Shown here: positions 27,201-42,590 of the stretch, piece by piece | Layout of the letters: the number at the start of each line of letters is the position of its first letter | Position numbering within the stretch: the first letter of the stretch is position 1 | Assembly: GCA_964187785.1 (NCBI GenBank) | Contig: OZ076414.1 | Span: 11,904,001-11,968,000, forward strand | Direction of reading: 5' to 3' | Length of the DNA stretch: 64,000 nt | Origin: Amphiscolops sp. MND2022 | Lineage: Eukaryota | Position numbers and translations under genes: made by a program | The notes under the pieces: model-generated | The model's database searches: none | What the model was told of the DNA's origin: nothing | The model's input: only the letters and a program-made list of their open reading frames with translations

Positions 27201-27300
27201 ACAACCTTCAAGACCGCGAGATTCTAGATATTCTTGATCACGTTCACATTCAAATACAAGAAACAAACTTAAAACAACACAATCACAACATCAAACAGAC
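24297..27300 (+). pseudogene. gag: gag of B
   Basis: MLPPPF...FLNNI; HWLQQDI..I.QFQY.FFQNI; T/Q/P-rich linker; ETLRHFALEVQQLVEK capsid-like core; RS-rich tail. Confidence 0.85.
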
Positions 27301-27321
27301 CCTATTAACTTTGAAGTACAC

Positions 27322-30300
27322 ATGTATCACCCAACTGAGATGGCAAATGCTGTAACACCTACAAGTTGGTTCTATTCTCTATACATACATACACCATCAA
27401 CTCAAATTCAACCTGACAACCCAGCAAGATTAGAAATATCATTAGTTTTACATAGTGGTGCTTCTATATCGGTATTAAACTCTCCCACATATGTTACTAT
27501 TGCAAAGCTCCTAAATATTAAACAAAATAGTACATTCAACCTTTCAAAAACAGTAACTGTTGCAAACGAAACTGAAGTACCTGTACTACACTATGTTACT
27601 ATCCCTTTAAATACAATGATTGAAGATAATTCTCATCAATTCACAATACTGTTTGCAGAAGCCGATATAAAATACAATATTCTTGGAACACCCTTCTTTG
27701 AGGAAATGATACAATATATAAACATACAAGAATTTACATTACAATTTAAACAACAATCAACACAATATCCTAACTTTTTAAAATTCACCTCATTATTATC
27801 CAAAGGTCACCCATATTTTTGTTACAATTATTGAATTAATTCTAAAACACAACTACGATTGAAACCTAATTCTTCAGAATTAGAGCACTTCCCAATAAAG
27901 AACTACTAAAATTTACAATTTCAAACTACACCACAAAATCAGTTCCACACACTTCTCTACTAAATTTCGTACAACACTCAACATTTATAGAAATTTCGTA
28001 CAAACATTCAACTTTATAGAGACATATACAATGTCACCCATACATACCATCCTGAAATTACAGAGGTTATTCCACAAACTAACTACTCGTCACAATATAA
28101 AGATGACACGGTCTCTTTCCATTACTTTTCACTACGCCAAGTGTACATGACAAATCCTGATATACCGACAAAAACTTCTTCTCTGTATAACGTACGACCT
28201 ACATCACATACTTCCAAACACCGAGTTTTTCCATCACTACCATACACAACAGAAATTCTCAAATTTATCAACAAGTTCAATTTTCAGTTCTCTGACCTTA
28301 CAGTTTTTGAGTACATTACACTTTGCAACTTATTATTTAAATACAAATCATGCTATGCAACACATAAAAAATGATGTTGGCAAAATTGCAACTTCCTTTC
28401 GAATCAGATTAGAACCCAACACACAACTTTTTAACAACGTCCTTCCAAAGTAACAATCCATTACAGAGACAAATTGAATAACCTTCTTAAAGAACTCGAA
28501 AAAGATAACATGATAAAACAAATTGGTTCATCACAAGACAAACCAGTTCATGGCACAACTTATTTAAACCCTCTCATTTTTTTACCTAAAGGAGATTCTA
28601 TATAATGTGTATTAGATGCTCGACACCTTAACTCAAACACAAAACAATCTGATGAATCATGGCCTATTGAACTTTTTGCTCCCCAATTAGCACGCGCAAA
28701 TAAAAAATATAAATGTGCAATTGACCTCATGTACGCCTATGCACATACACCTCTTGACGAAGAAACCATCAAACTTACAAGTTTCTCATCTGGTGATAAA
28801 CTGTTCGCTTTCATACGAGGCTTTTATGGTATCAAAGGACTTCCAATTTTTTTCAAAAAACAAAAGCCAACCTTTTTTAAAACTCTTATCGAACAAGATT
28901 CTGCTCTTGTATATGTTGATGACCTTTCACTTTTTTCAAACTCTAAAGAACACATGTTTCAACTTATAGAACAACAACATATTATTAGTACAAACCACAA
29001 CCTCAAGCTCGCTCCAAAAAATCCTTTTTCATGATTTTTAAGGTTAATTTCCTTGGACATGAAATTGGTTACAATACATTTAAACGTATTCACTCAAAAA
29101 TTGCAGCTATCCACAAAGTTCCGTCTCCTACTGGAAAAGTAGCTCTCATGAGTTTCATTGGTGCACTCAACTTCTACATCAAATTTATTGAAAAACTACA
29201 TATTAACCTCAAACCATTTTACGATCTTTTACATGAAAATGACCCATGGAAATGGACAGACGAACACGAAACGTTTTTCCAAAAACTCAAAACGTCTCTC
29301 ACTTCTGACACAGAACTTACAATACCAAATACAAAACATCTATTTTTCAATACTGTAGACACTTCAATACAGTAGACACTTCGCTTTTTGGATTAGGCGC
29401 TGTTCTCCTTCAATTGAATGAAGAAAATAAAATGAAACTTATATCTTACAACTCTTGTATATTGAACCCACAAGAACAAAAATTTTCTACACTCGAAGTT
29501 CTTGGTACAGTACACGCTCTTCAAATATACGAATTTCTTGTTATTGGTTCTCCACATCCAATACTAGTTTTCACTGATCACAAACCACTCTTACCCTGTT
29601 TTACAAAAAAGGTAACCTTAGTCCACGCTTTTACAGAGCTCAAGTGTAATTAACAAACTTTTCAAAACTAAAAAAGCATTCATACTCTGGAAAAAATCTT
29701 TCTGTTGCCGATATGTTAAGTCGTTCTTTCACAAAAGCTGAACTCCAACTTAATCAATTGAAACACAAACAACTTCCATCACAAATTGAATTTGCTGTAT
29801 TACAAAAAAACACTCAAACCTTTACATTGCTTAAGTAAACATGAAGAAGTTTTACCACATCAAAAAATTACTCATATCCAATACTTGCTGATTATGAAAC
29901 AGATCAATTTTCGATACGGATAAAAGATAAAGGAAAAGATATTAGCGTCAAACCATTAAGCTCCTTTTTGTTCGAATCTGTAAACCCTTTTCAAACAAAA
30001 TTTTACAACACCTGTCAAAAAGAACAATAAATCACTCCTTCAACAATCTCTTTTACTCAATGATACTGATATTACAAGTGAAGATGAGGAACATATATAC
30101 ATATACCAGAATTCCAAAACAAAATTCATCTTTTACTTCAAATAACACTTTACATGATAAAACTGGAACTTACTCAAATCTAACAACACCAATGTCCACA
30201 ATTTCTTACTAATCCACATCAGCAATAAATGTACAAACACACTCTCGCTCTACCACACATTGTTCACAAATCATACCATTCTTTGATACTTCTTTTTTCA

Positions 30301-32161
30301 AATACAAAATTTATTTTCAAGGTTTCTTTCTTCCTGATGATTTTTCATTAGACCTCAAAACTCTTCAACAACAACAATCTCAAGACCAAGTTCTTCGAAC
30401 TGTATATTCTTGGTTAACCCGTAATGAGAAACCAGAAAATCTTACACCCCTCATCACTGGTACTCCTCTCTTACATGCATTTTACAGAAAGTTTTCACAA
30501 CTATTCATCGAAGACTCCACAAACCTCATTAGTCTCTACACAACAAATACAAACTCCACTGCAACCAATCACACCTCTTCTCCAAATATTTTCGTGATAC
30601 TATTCGCATTTGTCTTCAATTTCGAATGTTTCGAACTGCCTTTAATAAACTTCATGAACACTCTCGCACAGGTATCAAAATAACTTACAATACATTTTCT
30701 CAACATTACTGTATTCCATATCGTGATAAAATGGCTCTCAATTTTCATACATGACTGTATAGAATGTCAACGAAACAAACATTTCAATATGAAAAACCAA
30801 ACAGCTCCAACATTTTCAGAACATGCTCCGTCTTTCAACTACCGTATTTTTATGGATACAAAAGGACCTATCAATCCTTCACACATCAAATCCTACATTC
30901 CTGTCATAATTGATGCTTTCAGTCACTATGTGGTTACAGTACCAATCAAATCAAACAACGCCAAAACTGCCATATAAACTCTATTACATCATTGGATCAA
31001 TAAATTTGGACCACCCATCGTGGATAAGAATATGTTAACAAAGAAACGGCCCATCTTTGTACACCTATGGGAATTAGACCCTCCTCTAGAACAGCTTACT
31101 CTCCTTGGACAAATGGTCTTGTAGAAGTACAAAACAGAAACCTTCGCACACATTTTAGAATGTTTCTCCACGACACCCCAAAAGATTGGGCGTTCCAAGT
31201 TCATATGTATGCTTGTGCCCATAATTCACAACCACTTTCAGAACTCAATGTTTCTCCTCATGAATTTGTCTTCCACACACAACCCGGAATTCCCCCCTAC
31301 TTTTGACTTCAACCTTAATCGTAATACTTCTGAAACATGAATTTCCAAATATTGCTCTCAACTTCCACAACACTCCCACTTTGACAAAACAGATTCAAAC
31401 CCTTTTTTATAGAACTTTGTCAAAACCAAATCCACTATAGTTTATCGCTGTAGAAACTGCTATGTTACAAATATATTCTACAGTATATGAAAACACTCTC
31501 AAACAAATTAACTCACATGCGTATATTACGAAAACCTACCATGAAGGTAAACCATATCCTATTGGTGCATTTGTTTTGAAACGAAATTGTTTTCTCACGT
31601 TCACTTCTCCGACAAACTAAAACCGTTTCGGATAGGACCATATAAAATTCTTGATAGATTATCTGATATGAACTTTTTTCACAAGATGGCTCTACAGTAC
31701 ACGTTCATAGGAACCACTTTGTTCCTTCCTACCCAAAAGGACCACTTTTGTACCCACACTTGCGTAGTTTCATGCGTTTCTCAGACTCCACTCACTTTCA
31801 CATTCCAAAACCCAAAAATGCAAATAGTGACTCTCCCCCTTTTCTTTCGGACAAATCAGCTTCTGATGATGAATCACCTCAAACACCTATGACATCATTA
31901 ACTACACCAAATTACGACTGTACAAATTCTTCCTCAAATGACAGCTCACCTATCAAACTGTATGACAACTCACCTTTCAAACAGATATTTGAAACCCTTC
32001 AAACTGACATCTCTACTAACAGATCACGACACGTATCTCACGACCGATCTCATTTACTTCCTCCTCCAATAGACAGAACTAACAAAACTCATTACACTCT
32101 GAGACATCAACCACAAATGGACTACAGACTCTTTATGCTCCCTTCAAAACTTTACAAATGA
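27322..32161 (+). pseudogene. pol: pol of B (PR with D->H in LHSGAS, RT, RH, INT)
   Basis: IDLMYAYAH, FIRGFYG, YVDD, FTDHKP, MDTKGP, SPWTNGLVE. Confidence 0.9.
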
Positions 32162-32259
32162 TCATTCACTCTACAGGCTCAATGAAAACTAGTCGACAGA
32201 AAGTGACCAATACTTGAATGTGACCCTATCTTATGTGAGGATATTTCAAGTTTACACTA

Positions 32260-33489
32260 TAATTCTGGATTCTTCTGACATTTCTCCTTCAGCTCCAAGT
32301 CTATCACCTATTACAGAATCTCAAACCACTACTACATCTCAAACTCGCAATGTAACTCCTGTTACACCTTCCTAAAGAACAAGATCGCTAATCACTGACA
32401 CATCTTCTGTATCATCTTCATCTATTACCTGTAGACCACCAATAACCGAAATCCCTATTACATCCCGTTCTCAAACATCACCCAATAATACTCCTTTAGT
32501 ACACATACCAAACCCTGAATTTTTTGAACGCTACGTAAATTATAAACAACCTACTGCTATTAAAATTTTTAGACTCCAACCTCAACTCAATCTTGTACAT
32601 ATACTCGATACTGAATACACACAACTACCTCCATTACAATTACCATCAGAAATCAGTACATTCTCTTCAAAACTATATCCTCCACTGAAACCCCTTCGCA
32701 AACCTTCTACATCACTATCAAACCTTCTAGACGATAATTCCGACTACAAACCATCACAATAATCCACAAGCTCACTTTTTGTTCCACATCATAGATACAA
32801 CCTTCGAAACCTCCCTTCACGCTGACTTAGTACAGACACTTCAACACTTAATTTTTTCTGCTCTCTCAAGTAAATCTGCTCTACGACTTGCAAGACAACA
32901 CGCTCAACCTCTATCTTCTGAAACATTTCCTTCGGAACTTTACCCTCAATCATATTTTACATCTGGTATTGAAACCACTTCATTAATATCTTCTGACGCT
33001 AAAACTGCTTTTCTTTCAGGAAACCTTTTCTCTGAAGTTATAAAGCGTACTCCTGTACCTGCACATATTAGATTACCTGAATATTATACTGCAGAACACT
33101 CTAGACTTCCAACTCCTATATTTGAAGATTATCCCATTCGAGTTCACAGAACTACTTCATACGATCCATCACAGGATCCCCGTTTTCCAATCCTTACAGA
33201 ACGCTTTACTGCAAATAACGATTCACTTTCGAATAAACGAAAAGAAACAGAACTTAAAAGACTCTAAAAGCCTAAATGAGAATTAAAGTTTGAAGGTAAA
33301 GTCAAATTTCAAGGTTTCAATAAACATCCAGTATTTCACGTTGCAAAAATAGAACACAAAACTACTCATGTTCCTTTTGAAGTTGTACACATAGATTTTG
33401 AAAGAGATTGTAATCTTCCCTCTTTAATATATGTCAAAATTGTCTTTTACAACCCATATTCGGGACTTGAATACACCACTTCCTTTTAA
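32260..33489 (+). pseudogene. Accessory ORF X of B
   Basis: S/T/P-rich; SQDPRF, ELKFEGKVKF, LEYTTSF* immediately before env. Confidence 0.6.
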
Positions 33490-33492
33490 ATT

Positions 33493-36134
33493 TTGTATAT
33501 TCCCCTATATAACTACTATATTACTCTATTCATACCTAATAACCTTACATCTACTATACCTATATCACCAACAAATACAGATGACTACTTCTCATCAGAC
33601 GATCCAAATATTGCAAACCTTATAGTTTCCCATTTTGATTGCGAGAAGCAACATAATTTGAGACAATTTAACCTACTCACTGTGAAACAAAGTACAGAAG
33701 CTCCTTCAAACATACAGCACGCTAGTGTTGATGCCCGAGTCTATGTAACAGCAAAAGCTAAACGCCTTAAAGCTTACAATTGTGTCGCCTATGCCAAAAA
33801 AGAAAGAAAATTTCGTTTTCAAAGCTCAGTCAAATATCGACGTGTTGATAGAACTGTATGGAACCATAACACTATGCCACTTCCTGTTACCCTTGATCCT
33901 CTAGAAAGCAAGAATTTTATTAAACATCTAATTGGTACAAATATTAAAAAATTAAACAACTTACATTACAATAAAACTTTTACACTTTCAGAAGACCATT
34001 ACTTTCAAGAACGTTTGGAACAATTTACAGTATATAAACTAAACAAAATGTACACAGGTACCTTTACCTTTATGCCTGCTGACAAAGATTAGGTATATGA
34101 CCCAAATCCCCTATCACAATTGTCCCGTTCATCATAAATTCGAAGTAAAATTAGTCAGTTGGCGACTAGAAATTGCGGAACTTGAACTTACATACGACGA
34201 TACAGAAAACGTTATGATAACAGATGGACATACTTTACTCTGCTTTTTTGCAGAAGGTTTTTGCAAACAAACAGCAAAAACTCATTTCAGCCTTGTTTGG
34301 TTTAGTGTTGACTTTTGTTTAAATTTTACAATACAAGACTTTATTGGACGAATGACAAAAATTCAAGATCGCTTTTGGATTAAAACAGATACTTTTGTAC
34401 ATTCTTCACGCTCAACAAAACCTGAGGCAACTTCTGGCATTAAGGGTACAAAACACCCCCATGTACACGCTCCACATACACAAAAACCAAACAATCCAAG
34501 TCTTTCGCGTTTTGAAATAATTTCGAATACTCAAACTTTGAGTGGTAAACCTGAACCTCTGTATTCTACACAATATTCTGACCTCTGTCTGATACAGATG
34601 CTTTTATTATGCATACAGGACAACCAAATCCACAATCGATGATTAACGAATGTATTTCTGGTAAAATTGTATTAGACAACAAATTTATCTTTCCTGCATT
34701 GAATGCTTCAAACAACTTTGCCACAATAGATTATGATGCTCATTTAAATACAAAATTGAATAACTATAAACCATGTTTTTGTTCAATGACAGTACAAGCA
34801 CTTAATACTCTTCATACAGTCTCTCAAGTAGACCGAAATGAACTCCTTACAATACTTGCAATGTCAGTACAAATTCATCAGCTTGCTGGCTTCCTTTTAA
34901 CAGGAAATCGAAGTAACTTCTTATACGTTGAATGTTCAACTGCTTGGCTTTATGACTGTCCACCCTTTCTCTCTCCTTTATACAAAGCTGACCGATGCTT
35001 TGATGGTATACCTATACACCTCGAAGATACCCTTATGTACGTGGATCCAATTAAAAGACAAACTTATGACTATGCAACTCCTATTGCATGTGACAATAAT
35101 CCAAAGAACATTTCTGAACTAGATCTTATTTCTGGTGATCAAGATTTTTATATTCTTGGACCAGAACCTAATAAACAAAAACCACAATTAATGTTCACAC
35201 TTTCTCAAATCAAAACTACATTACGTCCTAACACTTTCACAGCTCAAGATAATGGCATGTTTTCTAGTGCTGACCTCAATCAATTTTGGAACAGAATTTT
35301 ATTTTCAAAACATTCTGAATTTCTACACTTCAACTTTTGGGAAAAACTCTTAGTCACTCCTTAATTTCATCTATTACACCTAATTATGATGCAAATTCTC
35401 CTCATGAAAATCCGTACAATACATTACGTGTTGGTTTACATGACAAACTAATAATCTTACTCCTCTTTTTACACCTGCATGGTTTTCAGATGCTTTCATT
35501 GCACTATTCGAAAATCCATGTTATATTTTAACTCAACGTGGAATTCTTTTTCTACATTCCTTTTTGTAGAAGCATTTCTCACACTATACAAAACAATTTC
35601 AATTAAACATAATCCTAAACAAAATATTACTTTATTTAGTTCAATAGCATATGGCTTCTTTAATATTCTCACAGCTGAAATGGTGAATGACCTAAGTCAG
35701 ACCCATCGAAAAAAAACCAGTTAGCGCTTTCAACCTCTAAGTTACAAGATAACTTTTCTGACACTTTATATCCTTTTTCTGACAATCAAACACCTTCAAT
35801 TAACAACACAAATGGTGTTACTTCCCCTCCACCTTTCTATACGAAACGTCCCTATGAATTTTGTTTGACAAGACTTAAATTATTTAGATCACCAGTTTCT
35901 CAGCCCACACTTAAGTATCGAATTTCTATACTTCCTTCCTCACAAGAACAAAATCCCACTCCACCTAAATATTATACTACCAATGCAATTCAACATGACA
36001 ATTACAATCAACATTACAGTTTAACTACTCGACATGACAGTTTAGATGATAACACTTCTGTCAAAAATGGTACGGATACTCCCATCAAAGTTTACTCTAA
36101 AACAAATTATCTTTTTCCCTTGCCATTTTTCTAA
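33493..36134 (+). pseudogene. env: env of B (class III-like glycoprotein)
   Basis: LIVSHFDCEKQHNLRQF, FATIDYDAH, AWLYDC...CFDGIP..YVDP; TM region; PPKY tail. Confidence 0.85.
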
Positions 36135-36290
36135 AACTGATACCATTCTGCTCTCAAAACTGATATAGAACACTCAAATTCACCACCCACCTCATCCAAA
36201 AGTAACTATTCGCGTGAAAAATAAAACACCAACCAAAGTTGATAAAGCCAATCGTTAGTAACTCTTATATATCTTTCAACGTTTTCTAAA

Positions 36291-37490
36291 ATGACTCAAG
36301 CACATCTAGATCTAATCACACAACCTCTTTTTAATGACTCTCCTTCCTGTTCTCTTCCTTGAGAATATGGACAAGGTAAGTGCTCATCCTTCAGAAGAAG
36401 TTGAACAAATCGAACATACCACACCTACAAAAGTTCATACTCCTCCTGATTCTACACATAAGGTACCACCACCCCCGAAGAAACGCTATGAAATAATGAA
36501 AGATCCTGTCTTTGTCTCCTCGCCTATATTTCCTCTTAAAATACCTTCTCAACCATCACTTTCTACAACTCGTGATGACCACTTGATCCCAATTCTATCA
36601 CAAGATAATTTCACATTCAAAGCACAACCAACTTCTCTTTATATGCATCCTACAGACTACACATTTCGTCTATACGATAAAAGTCAAGACTTTTTCACAT
36701 CAATTGCTTCAAAAATCATGTCTCCATTCCAATATTGGCTCAACAATGGAGTTAAAAGATTCTCTCTTCAGTACAATTTTCTACTCTCATCTATTTATGA
36801 TTTGGAAACAGACGAATCTGATCTTTCCTTTCTCTCACTGTCACAAAAAGTTTCTCATCATGAAACATTCACTAAAAGTTTACAACACACACAGCCACAG
36901 AACTATCTTTTGTCAACTATAAATATACTTCACCATTCAATATGACACAATAAATACAGTAGACCACGCTCGCATAACATGCTATCTTCGTAACTATGAC
37001 CCTATTAAACAATACTTATGTCTACTTCCTTACAATGACACATCACGACCATTTATTGTACCTCAAGAAGATCTCGTCCATTTCAATGATTTTCTGCTGC
37101 CTTGTAATATTCTTACTCAAATTGTTAAACATCTTACAGTAATCAAACACCTTGTTTCTTCTCCACTCGATGATAAAGACAAATCAAACAATCGCACTCA
37201 TACAACGAATTACTCCTCATCTCAGCCAAATTCATTTCACACATGATACAAACAGAACAAAAAGCAGAACATAAACCACCTCCTATTGAAAATGCCTCAC
37301 CAATTCGAAATACTCCTGAAAAACTTTCATCAATTCTCAATAATCGTACTATTAGATATATAAGAAATCTATTGGACCCGTATAAACGAAACTCCTCTGA
37401 CACTCTCATCACCACTCTCACACATATAATACATTGCTATGACACAACACACAAACTCTTACAATCACTTGACTTAGACTCATAACGCAT
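36291..37490 (+). pseudogene. Accessory ORF Y of B
   Basis: PPPKKRYEIMKDPVF, LYMHPTDY, RNYDPIKQY...RPFIVPQE; homologous to D 56590-58086. Confidence 0.75.
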
Positions 37491-37629
37491 AACACAATCC
37501 TCGCAAGCAATACAATCTGCCCTTGAATCCATGACCACTCTTTTTACCTCAACTAAGCTTCATTAAATGTTCATACAATTAATACAATGTTCTGTAAATT
37601 TCCCTTCTAAGAAACACTATGGAACAACC

Positions 37630-38072
37630 ATGTTGTCAATTTAAATACAGGTAATGTTTTTCTAGCATAGCTTTTGAACTTTTCTCTAACTAAAAACGTA
37701 TTAGAACTTTTTTCAACTTTTTGGTACATTTAACTTTCTAACTGAATTTTACATACCTGCAACAATTTTTTTCTTAAACAAGACATTCACTGATAATATA
37801 CTGTACTGACCTACATTAATAACCAATAGTATTTAGATGTTTATAGAATGTTCTAGAATGTACATTTATTTATTATTGAAGGATTGTAAGTCTCTACTTC
37901 CTCAGAGAGAGAAAACTAATAATCAGTACTTGGTTGACTTCCCTTTTGTTCTACTTCTACCACCTCGAACTAGTTGTAATAAAGTTAGCTAGCTAGCCTG
38001 TCTCTTAGCCGTTTTTTAGTAAGTTGTGAATACCATCGCCACCTAAAATAACCAACTATAAAAAGCAGCACA
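37630..38072 (+). repeat. Probable 5' LTR of C (left end approximate)
   Basis: Ends in CA before a PBS-like TGCTGCGACT (38076-38085). Confidence 0.4.
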
Positions 38073-38312
38073 ATTTGCTGCGACTTGTAAAATTTCTTGC
38101 CTTTCTCTACTGAAAGATTTCTCTTCTCTCAACAATAATACAAATACCACTCTCCATCTTTGAAATTCTCTGGAATTGCAGTGAAATCTTTCTAGAATTT
38201 CTTGAAAATTTAGTCTGTGACTTTCTGAATTTCATCACTAAATACATCATCGTTAGACATACAATTTCTCCACTACAACAATTAATTCCAATTTAACAAA
38301 TTTTCTTCAATA

Positions 38313-38645
38313 GCGGTTTATCACGTTTTCTAATACGTTGACACGGTTCTTCTTTCCGCTCTTCTTGCCATACCGGTTTATCATGTTTTCTAACACGTTG
38401 AAACGGTTTCATTTCAGACTGATTTATCCATTGTGACACAATTCTGTTTCTCTTCTCTTTCCAGACTGATTTATCCACAAGTGACACAGTTCTGTTCTCT
38501 ATACTGATTTATCACAGCTAGCTAGTCCGGAAGCTTGTTGAAACAGTTCTTTGATGTTTGTCAGGTTTATCAAGGTTTTCTAACACCTTTGACACAGCAA
38601 CATTTGTCTGGTTTATCAAGGTTTTCTAACACCTTTGACACAGCA
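38313..38645 (+). repeat. Tandem hairpin repeats in C leader
   Basis: GGTTTATCA.GTTTTCTAA(C/T)AC..TGA(C/A)AC x4 and CTGATTTATC x3. Confidence 0.8.
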
Positions 38646-39912
38646 ACTTTCTTCAATACTGCTATCTCGAACGTCAGGTGGATTCCTGGTGTAATAGTTG
38701 ACTGAGTGCATGTCCAGCTTCGGTCACCTATAAGCATATACGTCTCAAGATCAACTTCGTGTTAGCAGAAAACCTTGATTTTCTACTTTTACGTTTCGGA
38801 TCCATTTTCTATAAAACATTGCTACAAAATAGTTTTCAGAATTAGACTCTGAATACAAAAAAGGCAACCAAGGCTATCTACAAAAAGCAACCACGCCCTA
38901 TTCCATTTTTTTCCAATTGTCGACAAACAATACAAATAATTTCAATAAACCTAAATAACACAAAAAAAATAACAACACAATCTACACTTAACCTTATATT
39001 TAATGCTTTCAACAGCAATACTTTTAACATAATCCAACAAAACAATTATTTTAACAAATTACCACATACAATTCTCACAACTCTTTTGCCCTAAAACCTA
39101 AAATAAGGCATGTAAATAACACAGACACTGTAAAGGTAGTTTTCTACTTTCAGGCACCCACAATTCCTATCCCCTCCCGTAAGACTTAGACAATCAGACA
39201 GCTTCACCAGCTCACTCTGATTCTAAGGCTGACTAAAAACCTTAGTTAAGTGTAAACGTCTTTAAGGAGAATCGAAAAGACACCGAACTACGTTCGAATC
39301 TTCAAAGTTCTCAGGAAGTAAAAGTAAAATCAAAAGAGACAAAGATCAAACTTTGACAACCCACTTAAAATTAAAACAACCTTAGCTTTTCTGGACGTGT
39401 CAGTAACCTTATGTTAGACACTTTAAAGTGATCCAGACTTAAAATTACACTTAGTTTCTGTTAGCAATCCTTTGAGGTTGAATACAGATCCTATTGCATC
39501 CGCTTCTTTCTTCTCTATCCAAAATTATTAACATTCCAAATGACTTCAAATTCTTGTAAGAACACAAGTTATATGAGCTCTAACGTTTATAACCAAACAG
39601 TTCACTCTTTAAATTTTTACATTCCACCAATTAGCTCACTTCAAAACCCTACATCAGACGATTTTGAAAGGTTAATTGAACAATGTCAACAATATTTTTT
39701 CTTTATCATAAATCAACAAAGACATTACCCAAGAGCTCCAACTTAATAGGATCTATATAAAAAGTTACTTTCAACATTTTAACCTTCATATTATAACATG
39801 TGGAAAAAGTTACCACAGTAGTGCTCATTACAACATACACGTTTTGTGTCTTATTTCTATTTAGTATTCTCTTTGAAAAAATACTTACGGTGATAAGAGA
39901 TAAAATCTAAAA

Positions 39913-42590
39913 ATGAACTCCTCAACAACAACCTTTCTACCTTTTCAAACTCCCGTCATGAAAAATGCAAAAGTAGTAAAATTAGAACTAAATCCATTCC
40001 TATAAAACAATATTTCCCATTATACACAACCACTCCCATTTGAAAATGAATATCATACAATTGAAACAATACTTCTTCTTAGAGAACATTTGGACACATA
40101 CCTCTTCTGTATTAGATACAAAGTTCTAACCATCACTACAGAATACCCAGTTTTTCAAATCTCCTTTCCTCAACAAAGACCTAATTCATCTCATATATAC
40201 AGAAGAACAATAAATCCAATAAACCTCTACGTTCCCATTAAACAAGTTTTTCACGCTTTTTTAAACATTGTGAAAGACCACAACCTAGCACTTGAAACTC
40301 CAAAATTTAGTCCAAATGCACTCGACGAACTTGAACGATATATAAATAATTTCGAAGTAGAAATTATTGAAAGATTAGTTAATCCTGAAGACAATCCTCA
40401 TCATTGGTTACAAACTGATAAATTACGAATGCAAAATTTCCTCTACCATTATTTCAAGGACTTAACCTTAAATGACCAAACAATTCCTCAGATCAAAGTA
40501 ATATCTCTATTCCTCAGAAAATACTTCAGATTCAATTATCAACTATTATGGTCACAACAAGATCAACCTGCTTTTACAGCATTTCCAAATCATTTTACAG
40601 CTGACGAATGTTTACCATTCATCATAAGTGAACAAAATGAAAATCCTTATTTCCATAAACCACAACTAATTACAAAACAAACTTTAGATTACATACGTTT
40701 TGATCCTCTATTAATTACAGAAAATGATCTATTTGCAGACAATAGACCTTATCACTATGAGCAAAGTTCTCAAAGTTTTCAACAAAACTTAAATTTTAAC
40801 ACCAATAACTATACTGAAGATGATAATATCAATAATGAAAATACACTCCAACAACAAAATCAAAATGAAAACTATAATGATGATAATCAGATCATTGAAA
40901 ACAATGCAAGTGAGTTTACTACTCAAGAATCTACAATTGCAACACATAATGCATCACAATCCGGAACATCAACATCAACACACACTCAATCCTTTAGAGT
41001 TCCAACTAGAGTTGTATATCAAGGACAGAATACACATAATCCTCAATCTCACTTAGATACATCTCCAAACCGTAATATAACTTTCAACCTTCCATACACA
41101 GATGAAACAACACACGACGAAACTCATGACACATTACATGAAGATTTTCTAACCACATCTCATGCTCAGAATACTTCTGTTAATGTTGCATCTCCAACAA
41201 GAACTATTCCTGATTCTACAAGACACATTACTCGACCTAGATATGATCCTCCATCAATTCCTTCTGCTTTCCGCTCAGATAGATCATTTTCTTCAAACAA
41301 AAATTGTAATGATAATCCACAAACTTCCAATCAATATTACGATCCATTCAATTAGAAGTTTTATCGTCCATCAAATACAAATACTAATGCAAATATCAAC
41401 CAAAATCACTCTCAATTTAATACGAATTCAATAACACAAAACCCTTTCATACAATTATCACAAACCAGTACCATCCTTTGTATCAAATGCATCCAAATCC
41501 TAATCCACTTCCTAATCCAAATCCAAATCCATTACCACAAAATACAACTCAACATATACCTCCTCAACTCACACAACAAGTAGCTCCTCCACTCCAATAC
41601 TAACCAATGCCACAAGATACCTTTATGAACATGGCCGCTTCAATACCATAACATTTGAAACCTTTTGATGGTTTAGACCATTCTTATACCCCAGAAGAAT
41701 ATCTTCAACAAGTCGAAGCTAGATTAACCTTCGCCATAGGTGAAGAACCTCAGAATAATCCTATAAAACACAAATCCTGGCATAATAGACGCATGGCTTA
41801 CATACAATGTTCTTTAACTGGAACAGCTCTCGATTGGTATACTAACCTTCATATATCATATAAACAACAATGGAACTCCTTCGTACAATTATTCAAAAAA
41901 CAATTTTCATCTCAAAAAACAGCTTACTACGCCCAAGTAGAAGCTATGTCACTCATGAAAAAAGATAATGAAACAGTACGCCAATTCGCCCTTCGAGTAC
42001 AACAGTTAGTTAAAAAGGGATGGTGCAATGAAAATGCAGCTACCATAAACCTTAAAAATAATGAAATATTTACAAAAGGATTACCCAAAAAACTAAAAGA
42101 TTTTGCTCATAAACGACAAGTCAAACATGTATCGACATTACTTGAACCTTCGATACCATTTCACACACTTGTTAGACATGTCGATTCTGAAGACATTGCT
42201 AATGAAAAAATTAGAACTAACGACTTAGCTCTAGAAATAAACAAAGTATCGCTTGAAGATGATACTAACAATAGAGAATTTGAACATGAAGATCATATAA
42301 TGGTTACTCAATCTGGAGACCCAAATAACAAAAGCAAACCAGCCTATAAAAAATATTGTTCCTATTGTCACAAAAATAATCATAGTATTTCAAACTGTTA
42401 TCAAAAACAACGTGATGATGAATACCAAAAATACAAAAACCAAAGATCACGAGCTCCTCAACAATCTTTTGTACAATATTTTTGCAGTAAACCTAATAAC
42501 TCACAAGAAACTCGAAATGACAATACAAATACTTACTCCCCAGATAACGATCGTAACAAATATTATCAAAATTACTATAACGATAGATAC
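39913..42590 (+). pseudogene. gag: gag of C, 5' part (N-terminal domain, capsid-like core, CCHC knuckle)
   Basis: NPHHWLQTD; KPFDGLDHSYTPEEYLQQVEARL; ETVRQFALRVQQLV; CSYCHKNNHSISNC. Confidence 0.9.

Larger units (their letters stand above)
22646..37600 (+). mobile_element. Copy B: degraded env-bearing gypsy-family element, 3'-truncated
   Basis: Same gene order as D (uORF, gag, pol, X, env, Y). Degenerate PBS at 23191. Confidence 0.9.

Noticed and set aside
38684-38730. tRNA-like TTCCTGGTGTAATAGTTG
   Set aside because: Only a D-arm-like fragment; no anticodon arm, T-arm or acceptor stem.
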